Positions 1 through 9,261 of a stretch of 64,000 nt of DNA are shown piece by piece. The notes beneath the pieces are model-generated. The model was not told the DNA's origin, searched no databases, and was given only the letters and a program-made list of their open reading frames with translations. Numbering within the stretch: position 1 is the stretch's first letter; each line of letters opens with the position of its first letter. The position numbers were made by a program, and so were the translations under genes. The stretch is from an uncultured Candidatus Saccharibacteria bacterium. Lineage in GTDB: Bacteria > Patescibacteriota > UBA1384 > XYA2-FULL-43-10 > 1-14-0-10-43-13. The DNA lies in NCBI GenBank assembly GCA_964628585.1, contig CAZVMH010000002.1:33751-97750 (forward strand). The letters run 5' to 3'.

Positions 1-1
1 T

Positions 2-109
2 TATCATACGGAAAAAAGACTAAAAGGCCAAGATGTGATCAAAAGGATCGAATTGGAAAAATTTTGTCGTAAAGATAATAAGCGAACATTGCACAAAGAA
101 ACCAAATAA
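2..109 (+). CDS. rpmG: 50S ribosomal protein L33, 3' end (partial, starts before window)
   Basis: Frame 2 reads YHTEKRLKGQDVIKRIELEKFCRKDNKRTLHKETK*, matching the L33 C-terminal ExxKFC...TLHKE pattern; followed by tRNA-Trp as in the canonical rpmG-trnW order. Confidence 0.85.
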   Translation, partial: YHTEKRLKGQDVIKRIELEKFCRKDNKRTLHKETK

Positions 110-128
110 TCAGCATGCACTGATTCTT

Positions 129-202
129 AGGGGCATAGTTAAATGGTATAACGAGGGTCTCCAAAACCTTTATTAGGGGTTCGATTCCTCTTGCCCCTGC
201 CA
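129..202 (+). tRNA. trnW: tRNA-Trp (CCA)
   Basis: Acceptor stem AGGGGCA/TGCCCCT, anticodon loop CT-CCA-AA, T-loop GGTTCGATTCC, encoded CCA end. Confidence 0.95.
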
Positions 203-233
203 AAAAAATCTCAGATAATTCTGAGATTTTTTT
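203..233. terminator. Bidirectional intrinsic terminator
   Basis: A-run, ATCTCAGA-TAAT-TCTGAGAT stem-loop, T-run, between convergent genes. Confidence 0.8.
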
Positions 234-234
234 G

Positions 235-717
235 TTAGTTTTCTAAAGTATCTTGTAACTGGTTTTGCAACTGCTCCACATCATTCATATTGTTTATTTC
301 AGCCGAATTAAGATATTTCTCAACAAGTTTTAGCTCCCAATATGAAATTAGATAAAATGCGACAACTGAGATGATCATCCCATAAATTGCATAACTGTCC
401 CATTTTTTCTGAACAAGTAGGAAATGGTTAAAGGAATGCCATTTTCGTTGTTTCCAAGCTCTTCTTCTGGAAAAAATAGGAAGTATAAAAATGAGAGGAA
501 AAAATATAAGTGAGGAAAGTATTGAAAACCAAAAAAATGTTTTATCTTTCATTTGCCAGAAGTAAACAACAGAAAAAAACAATGCCGACAAAGAGTATCT
601 ACTCAAATATTTTTCCTGTTCTTCGGGAGATGGGTCAATGGGGCTATAACCCTCTTTTTCTGCGATAATAGCGTTAAATTTTGAATCAATTTTTGTTTGA
701 TCAATATCTGCTTGCAT
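235..717 (-). CDS. Hypothetical membrane protein (about 3 TM)
   Basis: 160-aa ORF with hydrophobic segments; TATAAT 6 nt before the ATG. Confidence 0.7.
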   Translation of the reverse strand: MQADIDQTKIDSKFNAIIAEKEGYSPIDPSPEEQEKYLSRYSLSALFFSVVYFWQMKDKTFFWFSILSSLIFFPLIFILPIFSRRRAWKQRKWHSFNHFLLVQKKWDSYAIYGMIISVVAFYLISYWELKLVEKYLNSAEINNMNDVEQLQNQLQDTLEN

Positions 718-773
718 AACTCTATTATATGCAAAAATAGGTTTTATAAATAGGTACTTTTAAAGATGCTTGT

Positions 774-2537
774 TTATAGTTGTGAATTGATTTCAGAAAG
801 AGCCTGATTAATTGGCAAGACAGTTAATCCGCTTGTTGATAGTGCTGCCATTTGAGCATTAAAGTTGGCAGGAGTTGTTTCATATTGGGTCGGGCTGGTT
901 CCAATTCTATGGTATACAATTACTAACCAAGTTTTGTCTTGTTTTGCTTTTTGCACCCACGTATTGAATTCTGCAAGAGTAGTGGTGTTGGTCATATTTT
1001 GAACCCGAATATTGTAGGAATTAAAATTATCTTTTGAATTATAACCCTCGTCTGTGCTTCTGTGGGAGCTATAATATTTTTTTATTTCAGTAATTACTCT
1101 AGTATCGTATTCCCCATATGGAGTAGCAAAACTTTTTATTGTGCCAGATCCAATAATTCCTTCTAAATATGTTTTAGAAGTTGAAAGTTCATTATCTATT
1201 TGGCCCGTGGTCAGTGTCATTAGATGGGGATGGGTAATTGAATGGGATCCAATTTCGTGACCGGCGGTTGCGAAAGCTTTTATTTTATATATTTGATCAG
1301 TCTGACTTTGAAGGTATGTGGTGGCTAAATATTGAGTCGATTTAAAACCGTATTGATTAATCACCGGTAAAACTGAAGTATAATTGTCTTCCCAGCCGTC
1401 ATCAAAAGTTAGTGTTACAAGGGGGCGATTGAACCCAACAATTGTATGAGCAGTTACGCAATAATCATCTGTAATTAGAAAACCAACAGAAGAAATAAAA
1501 TGCAAAACAGTAAATTGTTTTACTCCAATAGGAATTGTAAAGACATCAGAATATTTTTTCCAACCACTCGATGGGTCTGCACTGCCAAGACCGATGTATT
1601 CTTCACTACCATTATTTTTTATTAACCTAACTGCAATTTGAGTCGTCACATTAGATTGGTAATAATCTGTAAACAAGTAGTCGCCAGGCACGGCAGTCTG
1701 GGGGTTATAAGCCCATTTAGCATCACCGTCGGTGTAACTTGTCATTTGAACTTTTACACTGTGAGAGCCAGTGTAACCAGTACTCAAATAGCTGAATTGG
1801 GCGGTATTGGTGCCCCACTTTTCCGTTTGCCAGTCCAAGGGAGTGGCTCCGTTTGTATTTTGTTCAACAGAACTATTTGGAATGATATTGGTGGTTACCG
1901 GTGGAACAGGAGGTACGGGTGGAAGTGGTGGTTCTGGCGGAGTCGGAGGGGTTGGAGGAGTTGGTGGCTCTGGGGGAGCTGGAGGAGTAATTATATCCTT
2001 TTCGCCAAAATAAAAATTATCCGTTGTTAAATATCCAACTTTATTAATCAAGTGTAAAATAGTAACTTTGCTGGCATTTGTTGGAGCAGTAAAATTAAAG
2101 CTAGCGTTTTTCCATGTTGTTGATTTGGCAACTGTGCCGAGTTGAATATATGATTCTTTACCTGTTTGATCAAAAATTCTGGCAACAACCTTGGTTTGGA
2201 CTGAAGACTTATAATAATCACTAAAAATATAAACCTTGTTTGGTGTTACAGAGATTGGATCAAAGTACCATTTAGCATCTCCGTTTTTAAACGAAGTCAT
2301 ATTAATATTTAAGCTTTTTGTTCCATCCTGTGAACCGCTTGTTTGGTATGAGAATGTTGCTTTGTTGGTGCCCCAGCGTTCCGTTTTCCAGTTTAAAGGT
2401 GATTTTAAATCGGCAGTACTTGATTCTACTGAAGAATTTAATATTAAATTTGCGCTTTGTGCTTGAACGCTCTGAGTCACACAAAAACTACCCAATAAGA
2501 TTAACAACCCTGTCAGGGTAAAAAATAGTTTTTTCAT
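774..2537 (-). CDS. Secreted polysaccharide deacetylase (CE4/NodB) with two CBM4/9-like repeats and a Pro-rich linker
   Basis: Signal peptide; two NxSVE..WG.N..GDAKW repeats; PPTPP linker; LTFDDG, EIGSHSITH, TPYG and IVYH motifs. Confidence 0.9.
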   Translation of the reverse strand: MKKLFFTLTGLLILLGSFCVTQSVQAQSANLILNSSVESSTADLKSPLNWKTERWGTNKATFSYQTSGSQDGTKSLNINMTSFKNGDAKWYFDPISVTPNKVYIFSDYYKSSVQTKVVARIFDQTGKESYIQLGTVAKSTTWKNASFNFTAPTNASKVTILHLINKVGYLTTDNFYFGEKDIITPPAPPEPPTPPTPPTPPEPPLPPVPPVPPVTTNIIPNSSVEQNTNGATPLDWQTEKWGTNTAQFSYLSTGYTGSHSVKVQMTSYTDGDAKWAYNPQTAVPGDYLFTDYYQSNVTTQIAVRLIKNNGSEEYIGLGSADPSSGWKKYSDVFTIPIGVKQFTVLHFISSVGFLITDDYCVTAHTIVGFNRPLVTLTFDDGWEDNYTSVLPVINQYGFKSTQYLATTYLQSQTDQIYKIKAFATAGHEIGSHSITHPHLMTLTTGQIDNELSTSKTYLEGIIGSGTIKSFATPYGEYDTRVITEIKKYYSSHRSTDEGYNSKDNFNSYNIRVQNMTNTTTLAEFNTWVQKAKQDKTWLVIVYHRIGTSPTQYETTPANFNAQMAALSTSGLTVLPINQALSEINSQL

Positions 2538-2586
2538 TTTTTCCTCCGCTATACTAATAAATTTAATTTATGAAAATTAATACAGT

Positions 2587-3882
2587 CTAATAATTGTACT
2601 GAGAACGAAGATGGGTGCGATGCAAACGCCGATTTACCAATAATACTAAAATTAAAAACAAAAAATTTGAAGTCATATAGAGTTTGCTTAAAAGGTTTGT
2701 GCCCATGATCGAGTTTATTAAAGACTCAAATTTTTTCTTTGAAAAAATAAAACCAGTCGATTTTAAACTTTGGTCAAAACTGGCGTTTGTCTGTTTGGGA
2801 ACGGTTGTATTTTCTACAGAACTTTCTTTTTGCTCATTCAATACTTGGTCATCCACATTTTCTACTACCAACTGAAAGCTCTTAGAACCCTTTTTGTTGA
2901 TAGATTCAGAAGATTTGCTACTACCAGTTGAGGGTGTATTTGTGGTAGTTGAGCTAGGAGTGCTTGTGCCATTTACACCATTTGAAAAGGCAATTCTTGA
3001 TTTTTCACTAGAATTAATTCTCCAGTCAGTCTCTTTGTTAATTGAAAACCAAGTAAAGCCCTGAATTCTTGTAAATTTATTTCGCAAGTCAGAAAACATT
3101 GCTGTTATCCAAGCTGCTTTATCGCCACCGCTTTCAGCAGAAGCAACTTCCATAATCAGAACATTTTTAGAAGATATGCTGGTAATCTCATTGTATGATT
3201 GTCCAAAAACTTCTGAAAATGATTGCCAGACACTCCATGACTGGGTTGTACCCCAGTTATAGCCATCTAGCCCGACAAAATCAACATACTCATCTCCAGG
3301 GTATATCTGACCATACGAACAGGGATCACCGTAAAAACGAACATTCGGTGACCATATCCATGATACATTTGTGACTCCATTATTTCGAAAACGATTTATA
3401 ACATATCGCCAGAAAGTCTTATGACTTTCTGTTGTGTTTCCATTGTTTGTTACTCCCCAAGGAGCCCACTCCGAATTCATTTCTGGAGCAAGGCTTATTC
3501 TGACCGGGGAACCAAAACTTTTTACGCTAGCCGAAAATTGATCGAGGTATGCATCATATTGACCTGCCGTAACATTATCATACGAGACGCCATTGCCTCC
3601 TATTTGGGGTTGCCATGTTAGTTCAGGAATACAACCGTGATCAGAAAATCTCTTGGCTATATCAACATAAAAAGGGTCCGACCAATCTTCGTACCATTTA
3701 CATGAGTTAAATTTTACTCCCAGGTCTGTTTCAAATCGACTCAAAACAGAGATATCAGAAGAAGAGTTCGGGAGAAAAATATTTGATTCCAAATTCCTAC
3801 CTTGTGTGTGAGGTGTTTTTATTGCAGTAGCAACAACCAAAATGGCAACTAAAAACAAAACACGGAAAAGAGCTTTATTGAT
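2587..3882 (-). CDS. GH26 glycoside hydrolase with Ser/Thr linker and C-terminal TM anchor; start uncertain (ATC at 3882 or TTG at 3858)
   Basis: APEMNSEWAPW, WIWSPN, YPGDEYVDFVGLDGYNWG and IMEVAS motifs typical of GH26. Confidence 0.85.
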   Translation of the reverse strand: MNKALFRVLFLVAILVVATAIKTPHTQGRNLESNIFLPNSSSDISVLSRFETDLGVKFNSCKWYEDWSDPFYVDIAKRFSDHGCIPELTWQPQIGGNGVSYDNVTAGQYDAYLDQFSASVKSFGSPVRISLAPEMNSEWAPWGVTNNGNTTESHKTFWRYVINRFRNNGVTNVSWIWSPNVRFYGDPCSYGQIYPGDEYVDFVGLDGYNWGTTQSWSVWQSFSEVFGQSYNEITSISSKNVLIMEVASAESGGDKAAWITAMFSDLRNKFTRIQGFTWFSINKETDWRINSSEKSRIAFSNGVNGTSTPSSTTTNTPSTGSSKSSESINKKGSKSFQLVVENVDDQVLNEQKESSVENTTVPKQTNASFDQSLKSTGFIFSKKKFESLINSIMGTNLLSKLYMTSNFLFLILVLLVNRRLHRTHLRSQYNY

Positions 3883-3951
3883 ATACCCTCCAAAAACCCT
3901 CCTTGGTTTTCTAGATCAAGAATATAATGACACGGTAGCCGGTGTCAAGTT

Positions 3952-4983
3952 TTATGAAGCAGTAGGCGCAACCGAGTATCTATTAACTTTGTTCCAAAGA
4001 AGATTTTTCTTATCTCCAAATAGAACTCTAAAAATAGAATAATAGAAACAAAATATATTAATACAATAAAAAATCGAGAAAAGAGGGATAAAGGGGATAA
4101 TCCAATATTTTTTTTCAATGAATGAAACCAGTAGGGCAATAGCAGAAATTGTTATAAGGGTAGCTACAAATAAATGAATAAAAATAAGTGGACGCATAAT
4201 AGCAAGCGCGAAAGTAAGAATCCAAAGCATGTTATCAAAAAGTAAAAAATAAAGTTCTAAATTAAATTTTGAATTTGGTTTATAGAGTTTATGTAAAAAA
4301 ATGTTTTGCCAAGTTCCTGTATTCCAACGCAAAACTTGCTTCCAATAGTCTTTAAAAGTCATTGGGTCTTGGGTCGTAACAACAGCAAGAGGCGCATAGA
4401 TAATCTGACCCAATTTTTTCTTATGAATTTGAATTGTGAGGTCAAAGTCTTCAGTTAAAGTTGAGCTTTGTAGATCAAGTTTTTCTAAAACATCACTTCT
4501 ATAAAGAGAGGCGCAACCAGGCGCGACAGTAACTGCACTAATAAAATTTTGAGCGGCTTTATAAATTTTGTGAGAAACACAGTATTCATAGGTACGGAAT
4601 GCGCTAATTAATCCTTTTCTGTCAGAAGTCACTGTACCAACGATTAGAGCGGGTTTTTGTTTTTTATATTTTTTAATTTCACTCATGAAATTTTCAGACA
4701 AACGACTGTCGGCATCAGAAAAAAGAACGTATGAATATCGTTTTGTTAAATTGCGACTCTTTATTAATTTTTTTAGTGCCGTTGCTTTTCCGCAATTGTT
4801 CCTAAGATTCATTACGTTCACATTGGCTTTTTTTGCAATAGACGCAGTTTTGTCAGTTGAGCCGTCACTTACAACAAAAATATCATCAGGACTCAGAACT
4901 TTTTTCATAGCCTGCAATGATGCGCCAATTACTTCCTCTTCGTTTAGAGCGGGAACAACAACACAGAAAGTTTTTTTAGCCAT
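3952..4983 (-). CDS. Processive GT2 glycosyltransferase (cellulose synthase/PgaC-like)
   Basis: VVPALNEE, SDGSTD, GKA, DADS, TEDFD and QVLRW (QxxRW) motifs; C-terminal TM helices; ATG at 4983. Confidence 0.9.
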   Translation of the reverse strand: MAKKTFCVVVPALNEEEVIGASLQAMKKVLSPDDIFVVSDGSTDKTASIAKKANVNVMNLRNNCGKATALKKLIKSRNLTKRYSYVLFSDADSRLSENFMSEIKKYKKQKPALIVGTVTSDRKGLISAFRTYEYCVSHKIYKAAQNFISAVTVAPGCASLYRSDVLEKLDLQSSTLTEDFDLTIQIHKKKLGQIIYAPLAVVTTQDPMTFKDYWKQVLRWNTGTWQNIFLHKLYKPNSKFNLELYFLLFDNMLWILTFALAIMRPLIFIHLFVATLITISAIALLVSFIEKKYWIIPFIPLFSIFYCINIFCFYYSIFRVLFGDKKNLLWNKVNRYSVAPTAS

Positions 4984-5095
4984 TTTTATGAAGCAATTTT
5001 CTGTATGATTTTCTAAAGAAAACCACAACGCTTGCTACAGCTGCGATTAAAATGTGACCTCCGAAGCTTGGTCCACCCATAGGTAGGTTGTACAT
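4976..5095 (-). CDS. 39-aa mini-protein resembling a stand-alone sortase sorting signal (LPMGG + TM + basic tail)
   Basis: MYNLPMGGPSFGGHILIAAVASVVVFFRKSYRKLLHKNG*; GAAAGGA RBS; stop overlaps the GT2 start. Confidence 0.65.
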   Translation of the reverse strand: MYNLPMGGPSFGGHILIAAVASVVVFFRKSYRKLLHKNG

Positions 5096-5165
5096 AAGTT
5101 CCTTTCGAACAAAACTTGTTAATAAAAAATGAGGGGGAAAACCCTCATTTAATCCGATGGTTTGC

Positions 5166-5194
5166 ATAGTACACTCATTAGATCTTTTTGTCAA
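5166..5194 (-). promoter_or_regulatory. Sigma70-type promoter of the mini-ORF/GT2 operon
   Basis: TTGACA-N17-TACTAT on the minus strand. Confidence 0.7.
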
Positions 5195-5332
5195 CAATGA
5201 AAAAAATATTTTAAAAAATAGTTAATACTTTTTCATACTTTTTTAAAACATGGCATATGGAAAATATTTGCTATTTAAAATTATTAAGTCCTGCTATTGA
5301 CAAAACTTATTTCTTTTGGTAAACAATGACTA

Positions 5333-7027
5333 ATGATTAAGAAATTACTTTTATTGATATGTCTAATCGCCTTGCCCTTTTGCGGACTAGATTTTTCACG
5401 TGCTTTTGCAGCCAATCCAAATCTAATTGCCAATCCCTCTGTAGAAACATTGGACTCAACTAAACTTTCTCCAGTCGATTGGTCTTTTAATAGTTGGGGA
5501 ACGAACACAACAACTCATAGCGTTACTACTACTTCACGACAAGACGGAGTGCGGAGTGTTACTATTAATATGCTAAGACGTACAAGTGGTGATGCTAAGT
5601 GGTATTTTAAACCAGTATCAGTTTCTGGGGGCACAGAATACACCTATACTGACTACTACCATTCTAATATTCCAACTGAATTGGTGGTTCAATTTACTCA
5701 TCAGGGCGGAAGAGTCACTTATCAGAGTTTGGGAACGGTTCAAAAAAATCTGGGCTGGGGCAAGTCAGATTTTTCTTTCACCACACCCCAATATGCAATA
5801 AAGGCAACTGTATTTCACTTAATTAATAAAATCGGATACTTGGGAATTGATAATTGTTATCTTGGCAAGAAAGAACCTACACTCCCAACTCCACCAGTAG
5901 TAATTACAGATAATGTCCCAAATAATTCAGTTGAAGAATCTGTTAACTCAGAACCCCGAGACTGGCTAAAAGGCGGATGGGGCAACAATACTGCAACTCT
6001 TTCATATTTAAATGAAGGACACACAGGAACAAAAAGTTTAAAAACTGAAATCACCAATTATGTCGATGGTGACGCCAAATGGTATTTTACTCCACAAAAA
6101 TTGCTTCCAAATACTACTTACCAATTTTCTGATTTTTATAAATCAGATGTTGCTAGTAGCGTTGTCCTACAAATAGATAAAACAGATGGTACAACTAGCT
6201 ATCAATATTTGAAAAATGCCGAGGTAGCTTCTGTTTGGACACAATACAAAGACACTTTTACAACACCAGCCGACGTTTCTACTTTAACTGTTTTCCATCT
6301 GATCGCTTCAGTAGGTTTTTTAATAACTGACGATTTTTCAATAACTCCTTTTGTTGCTCCTGCTTTCAACCAGCCAATAATTGCCATAACTTTCGACGAT
6401 GGTTGGGAATCGCAATACACAAACGGTCTATCAATTCTTTCAAAATATCAGATATTGGCTACATACTATTTAACTTCAAGTTTTCTTGAGCAACCAGAAT
6501 ATTTAACAAAACTAGAAGTGAACTCTCTCAAAATGTCTGGTGGTGAAATTGCTTCTCATTCTGTGACTCATCCATTTTTAACACAGTTGCCTTTGTCACA
6601 AATGCTCTCTGAATTAACTCAGTCTAAAAATGATTTAGAAAATGATTTTGGTAAAATTAACAGTTTCTCTGTTCCTTACGACGATTATAACGATACAGTA
6701 ATTAATTCAATTAAAACTCTTTATTCATCTGCTCGTATTTCTGACACAGGGTATAATAATCTAAATAATTTTGATGCGTACAGACTTAAAACTCAAAATA
6801 TTTCAAGTACTACAACTGTAACTGAATTAAATAGTTGGATTGCGGAAGCAAAAGTCAGCAAAAGTTTGCTAGTGCTTCTTTATCACCAAGTAGACAATAA
6901 TGGTGGAGCTTATAGTGTAACTCCAGAAAACTTTGATCTTCAAATGTCTGCCATCAAATCAAGCGGGATTAAAACCAGTACTATCAGCCAAGCCATGGCA
7001 GAGCTAACTCCACAATTAATAAAGTAA
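5333..7027 (+). CDS. Second secreted CBM-CBM-CE4 polysaccharide deacetylase (paralog of 774..2537)
   Basis: Same architecture; GDAKWYF repeats, ITFDDG, EIASHSVTH, LYH. Confidence 0.9.
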   Translation: MIKKLLLLICLIALPFCGLDFSRAFAANPNLIANPSVETLDSTKLSPVDWSFNSWGTNTTTHSVTTTSRQDGVRSVTINMLRRTSGDAKWYFKPVSVSGGTEYTYTDYYHSNIPTELVVQFTHQGGRVTYQSLGTVQKNLGWGKSDFSFTTPQYAIKATVFHLINKIGYLGIDNCYLGKKEPTLPTPPVVITDNVPNNSVEESVNSEPRDWLKGGWGNNTATLSYLNEGHTGTKSLKTEITNYVDGDAKWYFTPQKLLPNTTYQFSDFYKSDVASSVVLQIDKTDGTTSYQYLKNAEVASVWTQYKDTFTTPADVSTLTVFHLIASVGFLITDDFSITPFVAPAFNQPIIAITFDDGWESQYTNGLSILSKYQILATYYLTSSFLEQPEYLTKLEVNSLKMSGGEIASHSVTHPFLTQLPLSQMLSELTQSKNDLENDFGKINSFSVPYDDYNDTVINSIKTLYSSARISDTGYNNLNNFDAYRLKTQNISSTTTVTELNSWIAEAKVSKSLLVLLYHQVDNNGGAYSVTPENFDLQMSAIKSSGIKTSTISQAMAELTPQLIK

Positions 7028-7044
7028 TTTTTCAGACAAATATT

Positions 7045-7076
7045 AAAAAACGGCTGTCACTAAGCCGTTTTTTTTT
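7045..7076 (+). terminator. Intrinsic terminator
   Basis: AAAAAACGGC-TGTCACTAA-GCCGTTTTTTTTT. Confidence 0.8.
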
Positions 7077-7149
7077 GTGTTATAATATTTTAAAATTTCG
7101 GTTGCATATCATAACTCCTCATACTTTTTATACCTCGAAGTTCGCAATA

Positions 7150-7280
7150 TTGACACGCTAATTTTTACAGGTTTATACTAATCAAGGTGATAAAAATTAA
7201 TCGCTAGGGTTAACAATGAAAAAAATAGCGAAGTATATCAAAAAATAACTAAGACGAATTTTTGTCTTAGTTATTTTTTT
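7150..7280 (+). promoter_or_regulatory. Promoter plus terminator-like hairpin in the leader of the TasA-like operon
   Basis: TTGACA(7150)-N18-TATACT(7174); perfect 16-bp stem 7240-7279 ending in a T-run, upstream of the RBS. Confidence 0.6.
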
Positions 7281-7352
7281 AGAACGGACTTCCATTGAGG
7301 AGGGTCGATGGTCCGTCGCGTCATAGAACATTAAAAATAAAGAAGGAGGGGA

Positions 7353-7877
7353 ATGTTAAAAAAGTTATTATTTGTGATTGCTTTAGTAGCAGTCGGTGCC
7401 GGTTCGTATGGAATCGCCCGAGCATACTTTAGTAGCTTAACACCCGCTAATGCAACTGAAACATTTACTGCTGGGACAATCAGCATTAGTCTCGAAAGGA
7501 ATGATGCCAATAGCTCAGCATCAATTGGATTAACTAATTGGATGCCAGGAGACGAGGCATGGGTAGCATATGATGTGAGAAATACCAGTACAGTGCCAGT
7601 GACATTAACCGGGTATATTAACGGTACTTGGGGCGCTCCTTTAGGTGATCAAATGGTTCATGTTGTAGCTGCACAGTACTGGGATGGTTCAACTTGGCAG
7701 AACATGGCTGCTCCGAATGGCACATTTTCTTACGCTGGTCCGGTACCTGCAAACGGTGGGATAGTAACGATGAGAATGAAAGCAAGGTTTGAATCAGAAG
7801 CAGGAAATGATTTTCAGGGAAAAACATACACGGCTAGTATCTTTGTTACGGCACATCAAATAGGCGAGCCAATTTAA
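7353..7877 (+). CDS. TasA/CalY (camelysin)-family protein with SipW-type signal peptide
   Basis: ARA|YFSS...ETFTAGTISI, NWMPGD, VRNTS and C-terminal AGNDFQG motifs. Confidence 0.8.
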   Translation: MLKKLLFVIALVAVGAGSYGIARAYFSSLTPANATETFTAGTISISLERNDANSSASIGLTNWMPGDEAWVAYDVRNTSTVPVTLTGYINGTWGAPLGDQMVHVVAAQYWDGSTWQNMAAPNGTFSYAGPVPANGGIVTMRMKARFESEAGNDFQGKTYTASIFVTAHQIGEPI

Positions 7878-8047
7878 ATTGATAGGTTTAAAAATTGACT
7901 TTCTAAATCCCGACAGAACTTTGTCGGGATAAGTGAGAAACAATTAGTAAGGTGAGGTCGATACCTTATATACAAAATTAATTCACTCTGTGAAATAATT
8001 CGCAAAGCGGATTTGAAGAACAATTTCACTAGGGTAAAGGAGTAATT

Positions 8048-8599
8048 ATGTTTAAAATAGTAAAAAGTTTAGTTTTAGTTTTTGCTTTTGTAGTAATGAC
8101 AGCTGGTGCAACGCAGGCTGTATTTACAAGCCAAGCTTCAGTTGTCGGCAATACCTTTGCTACAGGCAGTTTAGAAATTAGAATCAACGGTCAGGCAAGC
8201 ATACCAGGCTTTAATGTTACAAATGCTGCTCCTGGACAATCACAATCAGGGCAATTTGGTGTTAATAACTATGGTCAACCCTGGTTTGCTGGTCCTTCAA
8301 CATTGGCTGCAAAAGATTTAACAATTTCAGCAGTTATGACGGGTGGAGACGCAAGCCTTTTTAACAAGTTAGACGTAGTTGTTGAGGCTAATCGAGGATG
8401 GCCAACTTGGATGCCAGTTTATAGCGGTCCTCTTTCTGGTTTAGCTAACGCTGACTTATTGGATGATCGTTGGTCAGAGCTTATTGCTGGAAGTTCAGAA
8501 GATGTTCGTTATACAGTAACTTTGCCGTTGGATGCTGATGATTCATATCAAGGGCTTTCAACAACTTTCGATTTTGTAGTTGATGCTGCTTCAAGCTAA
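8048..8599 (+). CDS. TasA/CalY-family protein with SipW-type signal peptide
   Basis: TQA|VFTS..GNTFATGSLEI, NAAPG, ADDSYQGLSTTFDF. Confidence 0.8.
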   Translation: MFKIVKSLVLVFAFVVMTAGATQAVFTSQASVVGNTFATGSLEIRINGQASIPGFNVTNAAPGQSQSGQFGVNNYGQPWFAGPSTLAAKDLTISAVMTGGDASLFNKLDVVVEANRGWPTWMPVYSGPLSGLANADLLDDRWSELIAGSSEDVRYTVTLPLDADDSYQGLSTTFDFVVDAASS

Positions 8600-8655
8600 G
8601 GGTTTTTAGTCCCGATGTAACATCGGGACAATAAAGCTTTTAATTTAAGGAAAAA

Positions 8656-9261
8656 ATGAAAATTTACAAAATTTTAACCTATCTGATTTACTCGCTACTA
8701 ATTATTTGTTGTCTTCTTTTAATATTATCCCGTTTTTCAATATCCGGAGTCAGGCTTTTTTCAGTTCAGTCGGGGTCAATGGAGCCAGAAATTAAAACTG
8801 GTAGTATGGTTGTTGTAAAAACTGCTTCGAATTATAACCTAAACGATGTTATTACTTATTATGATCGTACAGATAGTAAAAAAACTGTTACTCATAGAAT
8901 AGTGGACAAGAAAACAACTGGCAGTATAGAACAAATTATTACAAAAGGTGATGCCAATGGTTCAAATGATTCAATTGCAATAACTAAAGATCAAATTATA
9001 GGAAAAGTGCATTTTTCAATTCGATATCTCGGTTATCTTGTTGGTGCGGCAAAAACAACGGTTGGTTTTATTATTTTAATTGTGATCCCAGCCACAATTA
9101 TTATTTATGAAGAAATAAAAAAAATCCATCACGAAACAAAACATATTATTAAAAGAAGACGCGAAAGAAAATTAAACAAGGAATTAGATAAAAACAAAAA
9201 CAATTTAGAAAATGAAAAAATGGTTGATAATATAAAAGGAGAAAACAATGAAACTTCTTAA
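8656..9261 (+). CDS. sipW: Signal peptidase I, SipW/ER-type
   Basis: VQSGSMEP (Ser), VTHRI (His), TKGDAN, flanking TM helices. Confidence 0.9.
   Translation: MKIYKILTYLIYSLLIICCLLLILSRFSISGVRLFSVQSGSMEPEIKTGSMVVVKTASNYNLNDVITYYDRTDSKKTVTHRIVDKKTTGSIEQIITKGDANGSNDSIAITKDQIIGKVHFSIRYLGYLVGAAKTTVGFIILIVIPATIIIYEEIKKIHHETKHIIKRRRERKLNKELDKNKNNLENEKMVDNIKGENNETS

Noticed and set aside
1638-2030. Gly-rich ORFs and short repeats on the + strand
   Set aside because: Shadow of the Pro-rich linker codons of the deacetylase.
7180-7340. c-di-GMP riboswitch in the TasA-like leader
   Set aside because: AACAATGA resembles part of class II, but the remaining class I/II consensus elements were not found.
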